The notes beneath the pieces were generated by a model. The model was not told the origin of the DNA and did no database searches. It saw only the letters and a list, made by a program, of their open reading frames with translations. A stretch of 64,000 nt of DNA from Balamuthia mandrillaris (taxonomy: Eukaryota): the NCBI GenBank assembly GCA_031835245.2, contig JAVKOQ020000058.1, positions 1-64,000 of the forward strand. Direction: 5' to 3'. This document shows, piece after piece, positions 36,520-48,882 of the stretch. The first letter of the stretch is position 1. Each line of letters begins with the position of its first letter. Both the position numbers and the translations under genes were made by a program.

Positions 36520-38657
36520 TCAAACAAAAGCAAGGGTGATGTCCATGCCACAGCTGATACCAATGCAGCGCTTGTTATTTGGCAATTGCAAGAGTCTAGG
36601 TTCCTTCTCGTTGCGGGCTTCAGGAAAACCAAGTGTGCCATGCTAGTTTTGTTTTTTGTTCGTACGTTGGTTTTGTTGAGAGAGAGAGAGAAGTGCGCGC
36701 TAAGGAAACGTAAATAAGAACTGACGTACCTGACCAAAGCCCCAAGTGTAAACATTTCCGTCCTCTACGTATCACTTGTTAGTAAAATAGGACCAACAAA
36801 ACAGACAACCCCAAACCAGTCAATAAACAAACCTGTTCGAACAGCAGCATGATCAGTGCCACAGGACACCTCACACACCCGTTTCTCTTTGTCAAACAAA
36901 GGAATACGGCGCGGCCGTAGTATATCTTCTTTGACATCTCCCAAACCCGACTTGTCGTCTTTAACGCTTCCCCACACGTAAACTTGTTGTTTGTTGAGAA
37001 GAATAAGAAGAAAGAAGGAAGAAATAAGAAATAAGAAATAAGAAAGTAGAAGTACGAAAGAAAACGAAGGAAGGAGAAGACAAACCTTCTCTTGAATCGC
37101 GAGTAAGTGCCAACGAATAAGAACCGCCACAAGAGACCATGGCCACGGGCTGGTCCGCAAGGGCTTCAACTAATCGTGGAAGTATGACGCTCTCTTCCTT
37201 CGTCCCAATCCCGCATTGGCCATGCAAGTTGCTGCCCCATGCATACACTTTTGTGTTAAACAAAGCAAAGAAACATAAGTGGAGAGATGTTGTATTAAGT
37301 AAAGAGAAAAAGTGAGAAAAGTAGACGGATGAGGAAAGGAGAGAAGTACCTTTGGATCCAACTAACATCAGGCTATGCCCCCAACTGCATGAAGTCGAAA
37401 CATGTAACATTCGCTTAAGCCGGACATAAATACAACAACGACATCAAGAAAGAGTTACCATACCCACAAGCGATATGTTGTAGGTCTCCCGCGTCCTCCA
37501 TGATAGCCGACACTTTCTCCATCAACTTAGGGCGGAACACATCCTCCGGGGATGTTGATGATGACACATCAAGCTTCTTCCTATTGCCAAAGCCAAAAAC
37601 GCCTTCCTCGGTGGCTACTATGCTAAAGTCATCTCCTGCTGCCATTCCTTTGATCCGTTTGCCGCGAAGGGCCTCCACTTCAGTCGGTTGGAGCGTGTCC
37701 TCCGTTGTGCTGAGCCCGGTTTGGCCTCTCATCCCTCTTCCACAGCTGTACACTCTGTCATCTTTGTGCAAGAAGAAGCGAGGAACACGCAGACAAAGAC
37801 GAAAGAAGAAGACGAAGATGAAGAACAAGAAGCAGAAGTTAGAGGAAGAAGAGGAAGAAGCAGAAGAAGAAGCATAACGAGAGCAGACGCAAAAAAACAA
37901 ACCAGAAGCAAATAAGGCATGATTGCGACCAAGAGCTATGGTGCGAAGGCGCCCCCTCTCCTTGACGGGCCAGCGCCAAGAGGAGGCCTCCCCCCAAAAC
38001 CGCTTTTGGCGGTCCCCAAGGCCCAGTTGTCCTCTGTCGTTGTTGCCCCAACTCACCACCTCTAAAAGAAATATTCAGCATAACAAAAAGAAGAAAACGA
38101 AGAACAAGAAGGAGAAGGAGAAGGAGAAGGAGAAGGAGAAGGAGAAGGAGAAGGAGAAGGAGAAGGAGAAGGAGAAGGAGAAGGAGAAGGAGAAGGAGAA
38201 GGAGAAGGAGAAGGAGAAGGAGAAGGAGAAGGAGAAGGAGAAGGAGAAGGAGAAGAAGAAGAAGAACAAGAACGAGAAGGAGAAGGAGAAGGAAAAGAAG
38301 GAGTAGGAGGAGAAAAGAACCTTGCTCAGTGCCATCCTCGTTCTCGTAGACCACCACCATAAAGTCCCCTTGCGATAATTGCACGCTCTTGTTACTACCA
38401 CCGCACAGTTCGCTCGCTCTCTTGCAAGCAGAAGAAGATGAAGTAGAGGCCAAGTGAGGCGAAGGCAGGTCAAAACATCGCGGCGTGGCGTCCATCACGC
38501 CGGGCTGCTCCAATCCCATGCCCCACGCGTAGACCTCCTTCTTCGCAGCGGCTGCCGCGGAAAACCGCCGACGTCGCCCTGTGGGCAGAGCAAAGGAGCA
38601 GCGCCAACCGTTTGTGCCGTGTGCTGCATGCGCCGTTGCCGTTCCTCTTCGCAACAT
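36520..38657 (-). CDS. RCC1-repeat protein with probable mitochondrial presequence (RCC1L-like)
   Basis: Arg/Ala-rich N-terminus. Repeats VSWGNNDRGQLGLG, VYSCGRGMRGQTG, VYAWGSNLHGQCG, VSCGTDHAAV and VYTWGFGQ|HGTLG. Confidence 0.88.
38109..38295. repeat. Intronic (GAAGGA)n microsatellite
   Basis: Directly visible, over 20 units. Confidence 0.95.
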
Positions 38658-38936
38658 CTTTTTTCTTTTTCTTTTGTTGCTCACACCTGGATTCGAACCG
38701 GCGCGCCACTATCGATAAATTATCCAGATTTCTCGGAAAATATCGCGGATTATCTTCTCATATCTGATATATGGAAATTATCGTCTCTGTGGTTGAAAGT
38801 TTACATTGGTACCAATTATGTCCAAAATTGAGAATTTTTCGAAAAATATTGTAGATTATCCGCAAGCCGATTATTACACTTTTTTTTTTGTTTTCTTTTC
38901 ATTTTTTTTAAAAGAAGAATGAAGAAACAAAAGAGC

Positions 38937-39488
38937 TCAAGTCCATCGACTCCGTCGGCGACCGGCTGGTGATGGTGGTGGTTCTGTGGAGAGTGATGGC
39001 TTCTCGTCCAGGCATTGGTGGTGCCATAGCATTTGCTTTGGCTGGGGCGTTGTGCTTCCATCCAAGTTGTGTTTCTCACTCATCCACCAAATCTTAAACT
39101 CGAATAACGTTTCACCATCTTTTTTTTTTGTTATGTTATAAAAAGAAGAAAGAAACGACATCAAAGACACGATAAGAGAGAAAGAAAGAACGCAGACCTT
39201 TATGCCGTTGGTTCCATTCACGACAAATAAAGCGACCAAAGGCCAGCCTTATCTTGTCATGAGCCACGTGACTGTTCAGCTGCTCATAAAACTTGTACCA
39301 ACGATGACTCTTATATGTGGGCGCAAAGGGGGAAGGCTTGGACCAATCGCCCAAGGGATTGCCTTGCCACCGTTGCATGCCTTCGTTTCGGTGAAGCTCT
39401 ACGGTGGATCCATTTACGAGCCATGCCTGTTGTTTGGTAGGAAAGGGAGAGAGGAAGAACATGACAGAAGGAAGAGGGGCGAAGGAAG

Positions 39489-39526
<38 letters not shown>

Positions 39527-42235
39527 GAAATTCATCCACCAAAGAAAGAAATGGTGATAGAAGCAGAAATAAGAAGCAGCTCAGAAAATCGAGAATTTTG
39601 TTCAACAGTTACGTTATTGTGTCATGTGAACGGTTCTTCCAGAGGATGAATGAAGTTTACATGATGTTACCCACATAACATATTCTTTTGACATGGTCTC
39701 ATCATTATTTTGGAAATAAAGATGGAAGCAAGAAGCGAAAATAAAGCAGAAGAAAAGAGAGAAGAAGAAAGAGTACAAGAAGAGGAGGAGAGGAGAAAAA
39801 ACGAACCTCGATAATGTACCACCAATCATAGTCAGGAGGGTCTGGAGAGAACATGTTCCAATTTTGGTCCAACCGCAACGTGTAGACCAATGGATGATAG
39901 TTCAACGGTGTTGTCCACGTGTAAACAGCGATGTTTCCCATGTTCCACGTGAAGACCAGCAAAAGACATCCAATACAAAAGCAAAACTTTGTCCAACGAA
40001 GTAAATATCCCAAAACACGTTCCACCGATAACGAAGAGTAAAATGAAGTAGGGGAAGAAAAAATAGAAAAAGATGAAGAAGAGAAAGGAGATGGGGATGA
40101 AGATGGAGAGAGTGAAGTAGAAGTAACAGTTTGTTGTCCGAGCTCTAGAGTTGTAGCACTTACTTTCTTTTGCTGATAACGTGCAGCAATCCGCCTTTCT
40201 CCCTCTTCTCCAAGAAAGAGAATAAGCGATAGGTCCTTCAAAAAGGTGAGCACTGCTCCTATCCTTAGGAGAAGAGGGTACAAACGTTTCTGACGAGAGA
40301 GGAAAGAAAGCAGCCATGCTATAGGCCAAAGCAGCGGTGACTCAGCGAAAATGCATGTGAAAACTGCTACTGGATCCGTTAGTAGACGGCCATTACAAGG
40401 ATCGATGACTGCTATTCCGGTGTTTGTGGAAGAGGAAGAAGAAGGAAGAGACAGGACTTGAGAATCGGGTAAAAGGCAAAAGTTGGCGATGATATTGGCA
40501 AGAATCTCCCACCGAGCATCCAACCACAAAGACCAACAATTGTTAGTAATTCGTCGTCCACCACCCAATGCCTTTCGCTCCTCTTTAGAGAAGTAGATCG
40601 TCAATCCTCTTCCTTTCCGTCCTTTCTTTCTTGCGCCTCCTCTTGATTCCTCAATGTCTACTTCATCTTCGTCATTCTGTAGCTGCATTTGTTGTTGCCA
40701 ACGTCTTTTCCTTACCTGATTGCGAAAACGACGCAAACAGGGCAAAACGAGTCCGTCCCAGAAGAAAGCTGGCAGCAAAGCTGTAAGTGCTGCAATAGAG
40801 ATCCAAAAAAAGGTTCCCAGACGAAGACACAACGCAAATCCCAGGTGCATCATCATGTAACCAAACACCGCAAAGGTTCTTATCCCGCCATCCCCTTCCT
40901 TCGCCCATGCCACATTTTCCGTTTCCTTTTCTTCTCTCTCCGCTTGGTCCTCCTGTCCCTCTTTCGCTTTTTCTCTTTCTTTCTTCTCCATCTCATCTTG
41001 TTCTTGTTCTGCACGCTGAGAGAACATTGTTCTCCTGATAACGGTTGTTAGCTTCTCTTCGTCCTCATCATCATCGCTTCTGTTGGTGTGCCGTTGTTTC
41101 TTGTCCTCATCAACGCTTCTCCGCCACTTATTCTTTCTTGTTGTTGATACTTGTCCTTCGCGTTGATGATTAGTGAAACAGCAACAGCACAAGAAGGTTA
41201 TGAAGGAACCAAGGAGAGGAGGAAAGAAGAGCAGAACCCCGCCCAACCATTCCCACGTCCACACCGCACTAGTTAACCATGGTAACCAAGTAGGATGCAA
41301 CCAGTACAACAAGAACTCGCCCAGCGGCATTCGAAAGTAGTCCAACTGAAGAGCGTAGAACGTAGCCGTGCCTTCCTCCATCCACGTCTTGCCTGACTTG
41401 TGATGGACAGAAGTAATGTACATGATCGCCACTTGTACCGTCATCGCAAAGGTGCCTGCTGACAAAACAACATAATGACTCTGACTCTTTCTTCCATGTT
41501 CCTTGCTTTGCGCATGTGGTTTTGGATTCTGAAGCATCCTCACGATTGAGTCGAGAGCGTAGCAACTACTCAATGGTAGAAACATGGCCCAGAACAAGCA
41601 CATTCGTAGGTACACATCGCCTGCATGCAGCACCAACACGTTGCGAGCGTGCAGGGAGCAGGTCATCAACCACAACCCAAACGTGGAGAGCGCGGTGCGA
41701 CGACCCACAAGCAGCAGGCAGGCCAGCCAGGCATGCACTAGGAAGAGCATGGCCTGGAACCACAGAGCGCCGCTCATGTTGTGGAAACAAAAGGTGGTGG
41801 CATCCACAAGGCTGCCAACAGCAGCGACTGCGGTTCCTCTGGGAGCAGTAGGGTCGACCTCTTCAGCAAGGTTCTCGCTGCCGCTGCTCCCCAAGGCGGT
41901 GCTGCGTGGGAAGACGCCCAGGTCGGTGTAGTGGTAGCGCAGGTCCATGGAGCGGTCCAGAAGGTCGCCTAGCACGGTGAGCGCCAAGCAGACCCGGAAG
42001 AGGGCGTAGCTGCGGAGGTCGCCGCCGAGGCTGAGGTAGAGCCATCGCCGGAGGAACCGAAGGAGGTGAGTCAAGAGCCGTGGGACTTTTCTTCGTCTCT
42101 ATTCATTTTTAAAAGTGAGTAAAACGGCATCAAGTCACAGTAGGACAGAAGAGATTAGAAAAGAAGAAGAGCGAGGGATCCAACCTTTGGCCAGAACAAG
42201 CTTCGGCCATGCTGCGAGGTGGCTGATGGCCGCAT
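38937..42235 (-). CDS. HTTM-domain multi-pass membrane protein (vitamin K-dependent carboxylase/SdpB-related) with C-terminal QNWxMFxPxP domain
   Basis: DLRSYALFRVCL, HYTDLGVFPR, RNVLVLHAGDVYLRMCLFWAMFLPL, QVAIMYITS...K..W..GTA.FYAL.LD, MHLGF and LDQNWNMFSPDPP. Start inferred through a short 5' exon. Confidence 0.8.
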
Positions 42236-42282
42236 TTCTTTCCTTTCACTTTCGCGACTTCACGGCCATTGTTGCATTCGTC

Positions 42283-42463
42283 GGTTCGAGGCTCGACTTT
42301 AACAAAGTTCGTTTTTAATATGATTTTGTCGACTACGCGAGTTCGACGCCCACCGCATTCAGATCAATCAATTTTTGTGGAAAACGCGAGTTCGACGCTC
42401 GACTGTTACAAGGTTGGTTTTTAATATGATTTTGTCGACTACGCGAGTTCGACGCCCACCGCA
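42283..42463. repeat. Imperfect direct repeat with 106-bp period in a divergent promoter
   Basis: GTTTTTAATATGATTTTGTCGACTACGCGAGTTCGACGCCCACCGCA at 42311-42357 and 42417-42463, with similar upstream flanks. Confidence 0.9.
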
Positions 42464-42571
42464 CTCAAATATTTTGGTGTAATTTCGGGGGATATGGGTT
42501 CGACGCCGGTTGGTGTCAATGATATTTTTCGGCAAAAAAAAAAAGAAAGTGAGAAAAGAAAAAGAAAAGAG

Positions 42572-42776
42572 ATGGACAACTACCGGCAGCACGACCGCAG
42601 CAGCAGCGGCAACAGGAACCACGACCCCAGAAGGAACGCTCACAAACAGATCGACAACGAGCTGCTTTCCTACCTTGAGCATGTGCAACAACTTTTTGAC
42701 AAGAACGAATTTGAGGATGACGAAGGTACTTTTGATTTTCCTCTTTCATCGGACTTTATCTCTCTCTTCTCTCTCT

Positions 42777-42807
<31 letters not shown>

Positions 42808-45122
42808 GCCCTCCCTCTCTCATCGAAAAAATAAAATAAAATAATAGAACGAGACATCTTGATAAACAATGTGTTCTCGGAGATGAGGGGCAAAGAGTTC
42901 AACCTCGCCATGCACCATAGGGTCAGCCGGATCGTGGAGAAGCTCATGCCCGCGTTTCCGCTCTCTTATCTTCGGCTTTTCTTCTACAGACTTGGAGACA
43001 AGTGAGCCTCCTTCCGTTTCTCCTCGCTCTTGTTCTCCCTTCCCTCTCTCCTCCTTCTCCTTCTCCTCCTCCTTCTCCTTCTCCTTCTCCTTCTCCTTCT
43101 CCTTCTCCTTCTCCTCCTCCTTCTCCTTCCGTTCTCCTCCTCTTCTTCTCCCTTCCCTCTCTCCTCCTTCTCCTTCTCCTCCTCCTTCTCCTTCTCCTTC
43201 TCCTTCTTCTCCTTCTCCTGCTTCTCTTGCTGCTTCTGCCGCTCCTGCCTCTCTTCTCCTTCTTCTCCTTCTTGCTTTCTTCCTAACTGTATTTGTGTCC
43301 CTTTCGAAATAGAATATTGCAACTATGTTTCAGTTGCAGCGGCTCTCACATCGTCGAACAACTCCTCCGTTTGCTCTTGTCTAAACTCTCTCAAGATGGC
43401 AACACTTCTTCTTCTTCTTCTTCTTTCTTTGAAGACCGAAGTGGCACTTCGTCTTCTTCATTCGATCATCAAGAAGAATACGATGAAAGCTATGAAGCAA
43501 ACAACGAAAGAGGAGTCGAAGAAGAGGCTTATAACGCTCCTTCCGCCGAACAACTCATTCTTCGCTTTGCACAACAAGTCTTTGCGAATTGGGGAGACCT
43601 TATCACCGACAACTACGCCAGTCACGTCGTCCGTACTCTGTTTTACACGCTTCGTGGTCGTTTACCTCCTTCTCCATCTTCTCCTTCTCACTCCGCTTCA
43701 ACGGAAGAAGAAAAGCAGAAACAAAAACAATTAACATCTTTTCGAGTGCCGAAAACGTTCCGAGCAAAGCTGGTGGAAATAGTGGAAGATATGTTGAGGG
43801 CAGGACCAGATGCAGACTATAACGTTGTCGGACTTTGCTTCGAGCCGAGTGCGTGCCTCGTGTTTCAAGTGATTGTTGATGTTCTCGTTGACGATGATAA
43901 AGATGAAAACGAAGAAGAGGAGGAGGAAGAAAGCAATGAACTAAAGTTGTCAGACTTAAGAGCTCGATTCGTGGCGAGAGCGCTGAAGATGGAAGAAAGT
44001 GATGATGATAAGAAGAACAAAAAGAATGATAGCGGAAAGCAGAAAGAGGAGGATGCGATGGTAACGGCTCAGAAGGCACACGTGAGAAGCATGGTAAAAA
44101 ATAATATTGCCAGCCATCTTGTTGAGAAGATCTTGGAGGTTACTTATCTTTCCTTGTTCTTCTTTCTCTTTGTTTTCCTTTTTTTTCAAAGTTCGGTCTG
44201 ACCTTTTTTTTTTTCCTGCAACAAGACTTCAAGCACAGAGCTTTACACCAAGTTATACACAACCCACTTCAGAGGACAGTTGATGGCTCTCTGTTGTGAC
44301 AATGTTTCAAATTTCGTGATACAACAGCTCATAGCTTCTGCTCACAATGCTGTTCATCTCCAACTTATTTTTCAAGAGTTTTACGAGAATAACACTTCGT
44401 TCAAACAACTGTTTGGTAAGTCGTTTCCTTGCTGTCTGTCATTGTTCTTTTCTCGTTTTCCTCCTTTTCTCTAATATTGATAGAAAACAAAGGCATGGGG
44501 AGAGGAGGAGTGATACTTAAACTTGTGGAAGGTTACGCCAAATCCAAAGCAGTTGGCGAAGATGAACGAAAGAAGCTGGTCAAGTTTTTGATAGAGTCTG
44601 TAACTCAGATATCTTCTCCTCATAACAAATCAACAAAAGACGAAGAGGAGGAAGAGGAAGAAGGACAAAAGAAGCAAAAGAAGCAAAAGAAAGGAAACTC
44701 GTTCGAGGTGAAGGCTTTGTTGGAGCTATCTTCTTCTTTTGGTGATGGAGGAAGAAGAGAACAGAATCGTGGCAACCAAAACTTTAACAACAAGAAGAAA
44801 CGAAAAGGAAGAGGAGCACCGGCTTCCGCTTATTCTTCGGTTGGGTGTCTGATCGTCAAGTCATTGTTCTCTTTCCCTTTCAACTACGTCAATGTTGTTA
44901 TCAACAGGTAACTCTGCATTCTTTCCCTGTCCTTTTCAATGTTCTTACTTGCTTTCTTTCTTAGTTTCGCGAAACTAGATAAAGAGTATTTGTTGACGAT
45001 GGCGAAAGACGTTATAGGCAGCAGAGTGGTAGAAGCCTTCTTGGTTGAAACAAGTTCCGCTCCTCCAAAGAAAAAACTTCAAGTTGCTGAAGCTTTTGCT
45101 GGCTATTTTGCTGAGGTAATTT

Positions 45123-45169
<47 letters not shown>

Positions 45170-46114
45170 TCGTTCGCTCCCTCCCTTTGTGCGTTCCTTG
45201 CTATTCTTGTTTTCAAGCGCTAATATGAGTGTACTCTTCTGTTACACTTAAGCTTGCTGCCCACAAATACGGAAGCCACATTGTGGACAGTTGTTACAGA
45301 AACACGACGGTTGAAATCAAGGTACAATTCCTCTTTCTTCTCCGCGTTCTTCCGTACTCCTTCTTTAACTCTTTTTGTTCATCCTTTTTTAAAGGAAATG
45401 ATCGCAAAAGAATTGCTGGCAGCAGAGAAAGAACTCGACAAAGAGCATTACGGCCGCATGGTGCTGTACAACTGCAAGATCGGACAGTACAAACTGAAAC
45501 AGGACGTTTGGTTGCAGAACGTTGCTGCCAGCCAACGCAAACGACAAATGTTTGCCGACATCTTGACGGAAGCCGCTGAGGCAGAAGCGGAAGCAACGGC
45601 AAAAGCAGAAGAGGAAAAGGAGCAAAACTCGAAAGCGAGCGCAGTGAACAAAAAAAGTACTCGCTCTTTTCATCTCGCTGTTCAATTTTCAATGCTTCAC
45701 TCGTTCTCTTCTTCCCCTCTCCTTCCTCTCTTTCTCTTCTCCCTTTCTATCTTCTTTGCTTATGTTCTCTATTTGCTTCTCTCTTCATCAGCCAAAAACC
45801 AAACAAAAGAGAAAAAAGCAACAAAGAAGAAACCAGCTGCAGATGACATGATGAGCGTGCTCGGCTTCAGCCACAAAGAAAAGGCCTCCTCCAATGGACG
45901 AGACGAGAAGAAAAGAAAGCGAAAGCGAGCTGCCGCGGATGAACAAGAAGAAGAAGAGGACGACCAAGAGTCGCTCAACTTTATAATGGACGCTATAGCA
46001 GCCACGAAACAAACCACAAGCGAGAAGGAAGCGACAAACGAGGCCAAAAAGAAGCAGACAAAGAAGCCAAAGAAACCAACAAAGAAACAGAAAAAAGCAA
46101 AAGCACAACAATAA
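42572..46114 (+). CDS. NOP9: Nucleolar protein 9 (Pumilio-like repeats)
   Basis: SRIVEKL, GSHIVEQL, DNYASHVVRTL, ASHLVEKIL, SNFVIQQL, GSRVVEAFL and YGSHIVD PUF-like repeats, with a Lys-rich tail. Confidence 0.85.
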
Positions 46115-46642
46115 ACTTACCACAACGGTTGGCTTTAAGAAAAACTCAGCATTCGTTTACTTGTCACTTGGGTGCAACGTGTGGGAAGGGGCCGGTGGAG
46201 GCAGCTCTGGCTGCAACACAACAGCTCCCACCACAACGAAACCAAAAACAAAAAAAAAAATCATCACCTGCGAGAGTCGAACCGCGCGGGTTCAGATCGT
46301 TGCGCTTCGGAGGCGGAAAATTACCCAGCGGGTCAGGCGGTCCCAAGCAGGACAGATCGCCACGCATTCCCGCCACCGACCACCCCCTTTCGGAAAAGCG
46401 AAAAAAGAAGAAAGTCGAACGAAGTTTGCTCTCTCTTCTCTCTCTCTTCTCTCGTGCTCCCCTCTGTATCAACGGTAACCGACCACCAGTTCCATGCGGA
46501 AGGAATAAGCAGATTATTATCATTATTTTTATTTCTGTAGTGTGGTGCAAGTGCAGCCCCGTAGCCATCCCTCTCATTTTTATATTTAAAAAAAAAGAAT
46601 TGTTGAATCTGAAGAGAGAGAGAGAGAGAGAGAAAAGTAGAA

Positions 46643-47446
46643 ATGCAAAGCGAACGGAGCAAGGCACAAAGGCGCAAGGCGGAGGAGGCGCGTCAGAAGC
46701 GCATGCAGGAGCAGCGGGAGAGGATGGAGCAGCGACAAAAGGCCGCTCGCGACCAGTACCTCAGCGACATGGCCCGCAAGGTGGCGCACTACCGAGCGGA
46801 CGTCCAGCAGGAGGTCCTTGCCAGACGACCCGACTGGGTGCCCGACTCCAAGGCTCCCCATTGCATGGCCTGTTCTGCCAAGTTTGTGCCCGTCTTTCGT
46901 CGGGTACTCTTTCCTTACCCGTTGTTGCTCCTAGACCCATCTCCCTTTCTCATCTCTTCTCTGCTCACTTGCAAAAAAAATAAACAAAAGAGGCATCACT
47001 GTCGATCCTGTGGCAGAGTGTTGTGCAAGCAGTGTTGCTCCAACTGGAAGGTGCTGCCCGAGCTCGGCTACTTTGCCACCCCGGTGCGCAGCTGCAACGA
47101 CTGCCACAGACAAAGGGAGGGCACCCCGGGCTCGGCCTCTGTCTCCACCCAACCAGCGCTGCAACAGCTGGCACAGAGCACTGGCGGTGCCCCAACAGCA
47201 ACCTCCAAAAAGGAGACTGCTGCTGCTGATTCTTCTTCTTCTGCTTCCTCTTCTGCTTCCTCTTCTTCATCTTCACGGGCCAATGCCAATAGCAACAGCA
47301 GCAATAACAAAGGGAAGGGAAAGGAGGAACACCATGAGGAAGATACCGGCGCTGGTATGAGGATGCAAGTGGTAGCGGCCAACTCCGAGGAGCAGAACTT
47401 TTCATCCTCCTCTGCCACGGAAGGAGAAGAAGAAAAGTTGGGTTGA
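46643..47446 (+). CDS. Small FYVE zinc-finger protein
   Basis: WVPDSKAPHCMAC...FRR|RHHCRSCGRVLCKQCC...VRSCNDC after an N-terminal coiled coil. Confidence 0.92.
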   Translation: MQSERSKAQRRKAEEARQKRMQEQRERMEQRQKAARDQYLSDMARKVAHYRADVQQEVLARRPDWVPDSKAPHCMACSAKFVPVFRRVLFPYPLLLLDPSPFLISSLLTCKKNKQKRHHCRSCGRVLCKQCCSNWKVLPELGYFATPVRSCNDCHRQREGTPGSASVSTQPALQQLAQSTGGAPTATSKKETAAADSSSSASSSASSSSSSRANANSNSSNNKGKGKEEHHEEDTGAGMRMQVVAANSEEQNFSSSSATEGEEEKLG

Positions 47447-47646
47447 GGAACCGAATATTTTCTGGAAAATAAGGAGAGAGAGGAGAGAGAGAAGAGAGAC
47501 GAGAGACGAGAAGATGAAGAAGGAATGCATGCGGGTAAGCAACCTAACAAGCTCGCTGTTAACAAGAACAAAACAATAGCTGTTAGCATTAAATGTACTT
47601 CAATACCATTTTCCATTGCTTCTCTCCTCTCCTCCTCTTCTCTACC

Positions 47647-48612
47647 TTAGCCAGGAGGCCAGTTCATCTGCCTACCACCCAACACGTGAATGTGCAACCA
47701 ACGAACGGACTGCTGACCCAACAGACCATCGTTGATGACTACACGATAGCCTGAACGGTGAAGTCCTTGCTTGCGGGCTTGTTCCTTTGCCACATGCAGC
47801 AGATGACCCAACAATGCTTCGTCCTCATCTTTTGCATCCGACAAACCTTGCAAATAGAAGAGCAGTAGGTTAGAAGAGGAACAGAGAGAAGAAGAACAAG
47901 AACAAGAACAAGAACAAGAACAAGAACAAGAACAAGAACAAGAACAAGAACAAGAACAAGAACAAGAACAAGAACAAGAACAAGAACAAAAAGGAGAAGA
48001 GAAGGAAAGAACGAAAGAAGAGGAAAGAAGCAAGCAAAACGAGGAGAAATCAAATAGAAGAGGAACGGTAAGTAAAACAGAAGGCATACTAGCAATGGGC
48101 TTTTTAGGGATCACCAGAAAGTGGAGTGGGGCCTTGGGGGCGATGTCCAAGAAGGCCATGCACCGGTCATCCTCGTAGAGAATATCTGCGTTCACCTCTT
48201 TGGCCAGTATCTTGGCAAACACTGTCTCATGTGGTTCTAGCTTCAGCTGGGCGTGAGAGAGAGAGAGAGAGAGAGAATGAGTTTTTGTTGGTTTGAGCCA
48301 AACGAAAAAGAGTGAGTGTTGTTTTGTTTTTACAGCTGCTTTGGTGGCAGCAGCCTTGCTGCCTTCCTTGTCATTGCTCCACAACGACCGGGTGCTGCTG
48401 AAAGAACGTAGCGGCAGGAGCAAAGGTGCATCCGACCGACGACGGCAAGCCCTCAACGCAAACGTGCTGGTGGTGGTTGTTGAGGCAGCTCTACTGCTAC
48501 TATGCCGGAGTGCCGAAAGACGTTGGGGTGATGAGGACGCCACGGAAGAGACCTCCCACAGGCCTTGCCAAGTGCCTGGTCCTCCACAACGCAAAGCGCT
48601 TCTTTGGAGCAT
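47647..48612 (-). CDS. HINT: Histidine triad nucleotide-binding protein (HINT2-like, mitochondrial presequence)
   Basis: TVFAKIL.KE...ILYEDDRCMAFLDIAPKAPLHFLVIPKK, GYRVVINDG..GQQSV and HIHVLGGRQMNWPPG. Confidence 0.93.
   Translation of the reverse strand: MLQRSALRCGGPGTWQGLWEVSSVASSSPQRLSALRHSSSRAASTTTTSTFALRACRRRSDAPLLLPLRSFSSTRSLWSNDKEGSKAAATKAAVKTKQHSLFFVWLKPTKTHSLSLSLSHAQLKLEPHETVFAKILAKEVNADILYEDDRCMAFLDIAPKAPLHFLVIPKKPIASMPSVLLTVPLLFDFSSFCLLLSSSFVLSFSSPFCSCSCSCSCSCSCSCSCSCSCSCSCSCSCSCSSSLCSSSNLLLFYLQGLSDAKDEDEALLGHLLHVAKEQARKQGLHRSGYRVVINDGLLGQQSVRWLHIHVLGGRQMNWPPG
47893..47990. repeat. Intronic (AAGAAC)n microsatellite
   Basis: Directly visible. Confidence 0.9.
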
Positions 48613-48882
48613 CTCTCTGCTGTTTCTTTCTTTTATGTGGTGATCGGATCTTTTTGAGGGTTTTGATTTTTGATTGATGTTCCAAATTTTTGTCGACGAA
48701 GTGATCTCATATCTTTCGATTTTCGGTTCGTGATTTGAAAGGTCATGTGATCGTTTGATAAACCAACAAAAAATCAAAGTTCATTATCGATCGAGATCGT
48801 AATGATAAGGATTACAGCACAAACTGAGGAGATTTTGAGCACCGCAACAATTAACAAAAAAAAAGAAAAAGAAAAGAGAAAG

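Noticed and set aside
38660..38760. Possible tRNA gene around GGTTCGAATCC
   Set aside because: The T-stem pairs poorly and no acceptor, D or anticodon arms are visible. Kept only as a solo B-box.
46129..46640. 284-aa ORF and overlapping ORFs upstream of the FYVE gene
   Set aside because: Non-ATG starts running through A-tracts and a (GA)n repeat; probably promoter or 5' UTR.
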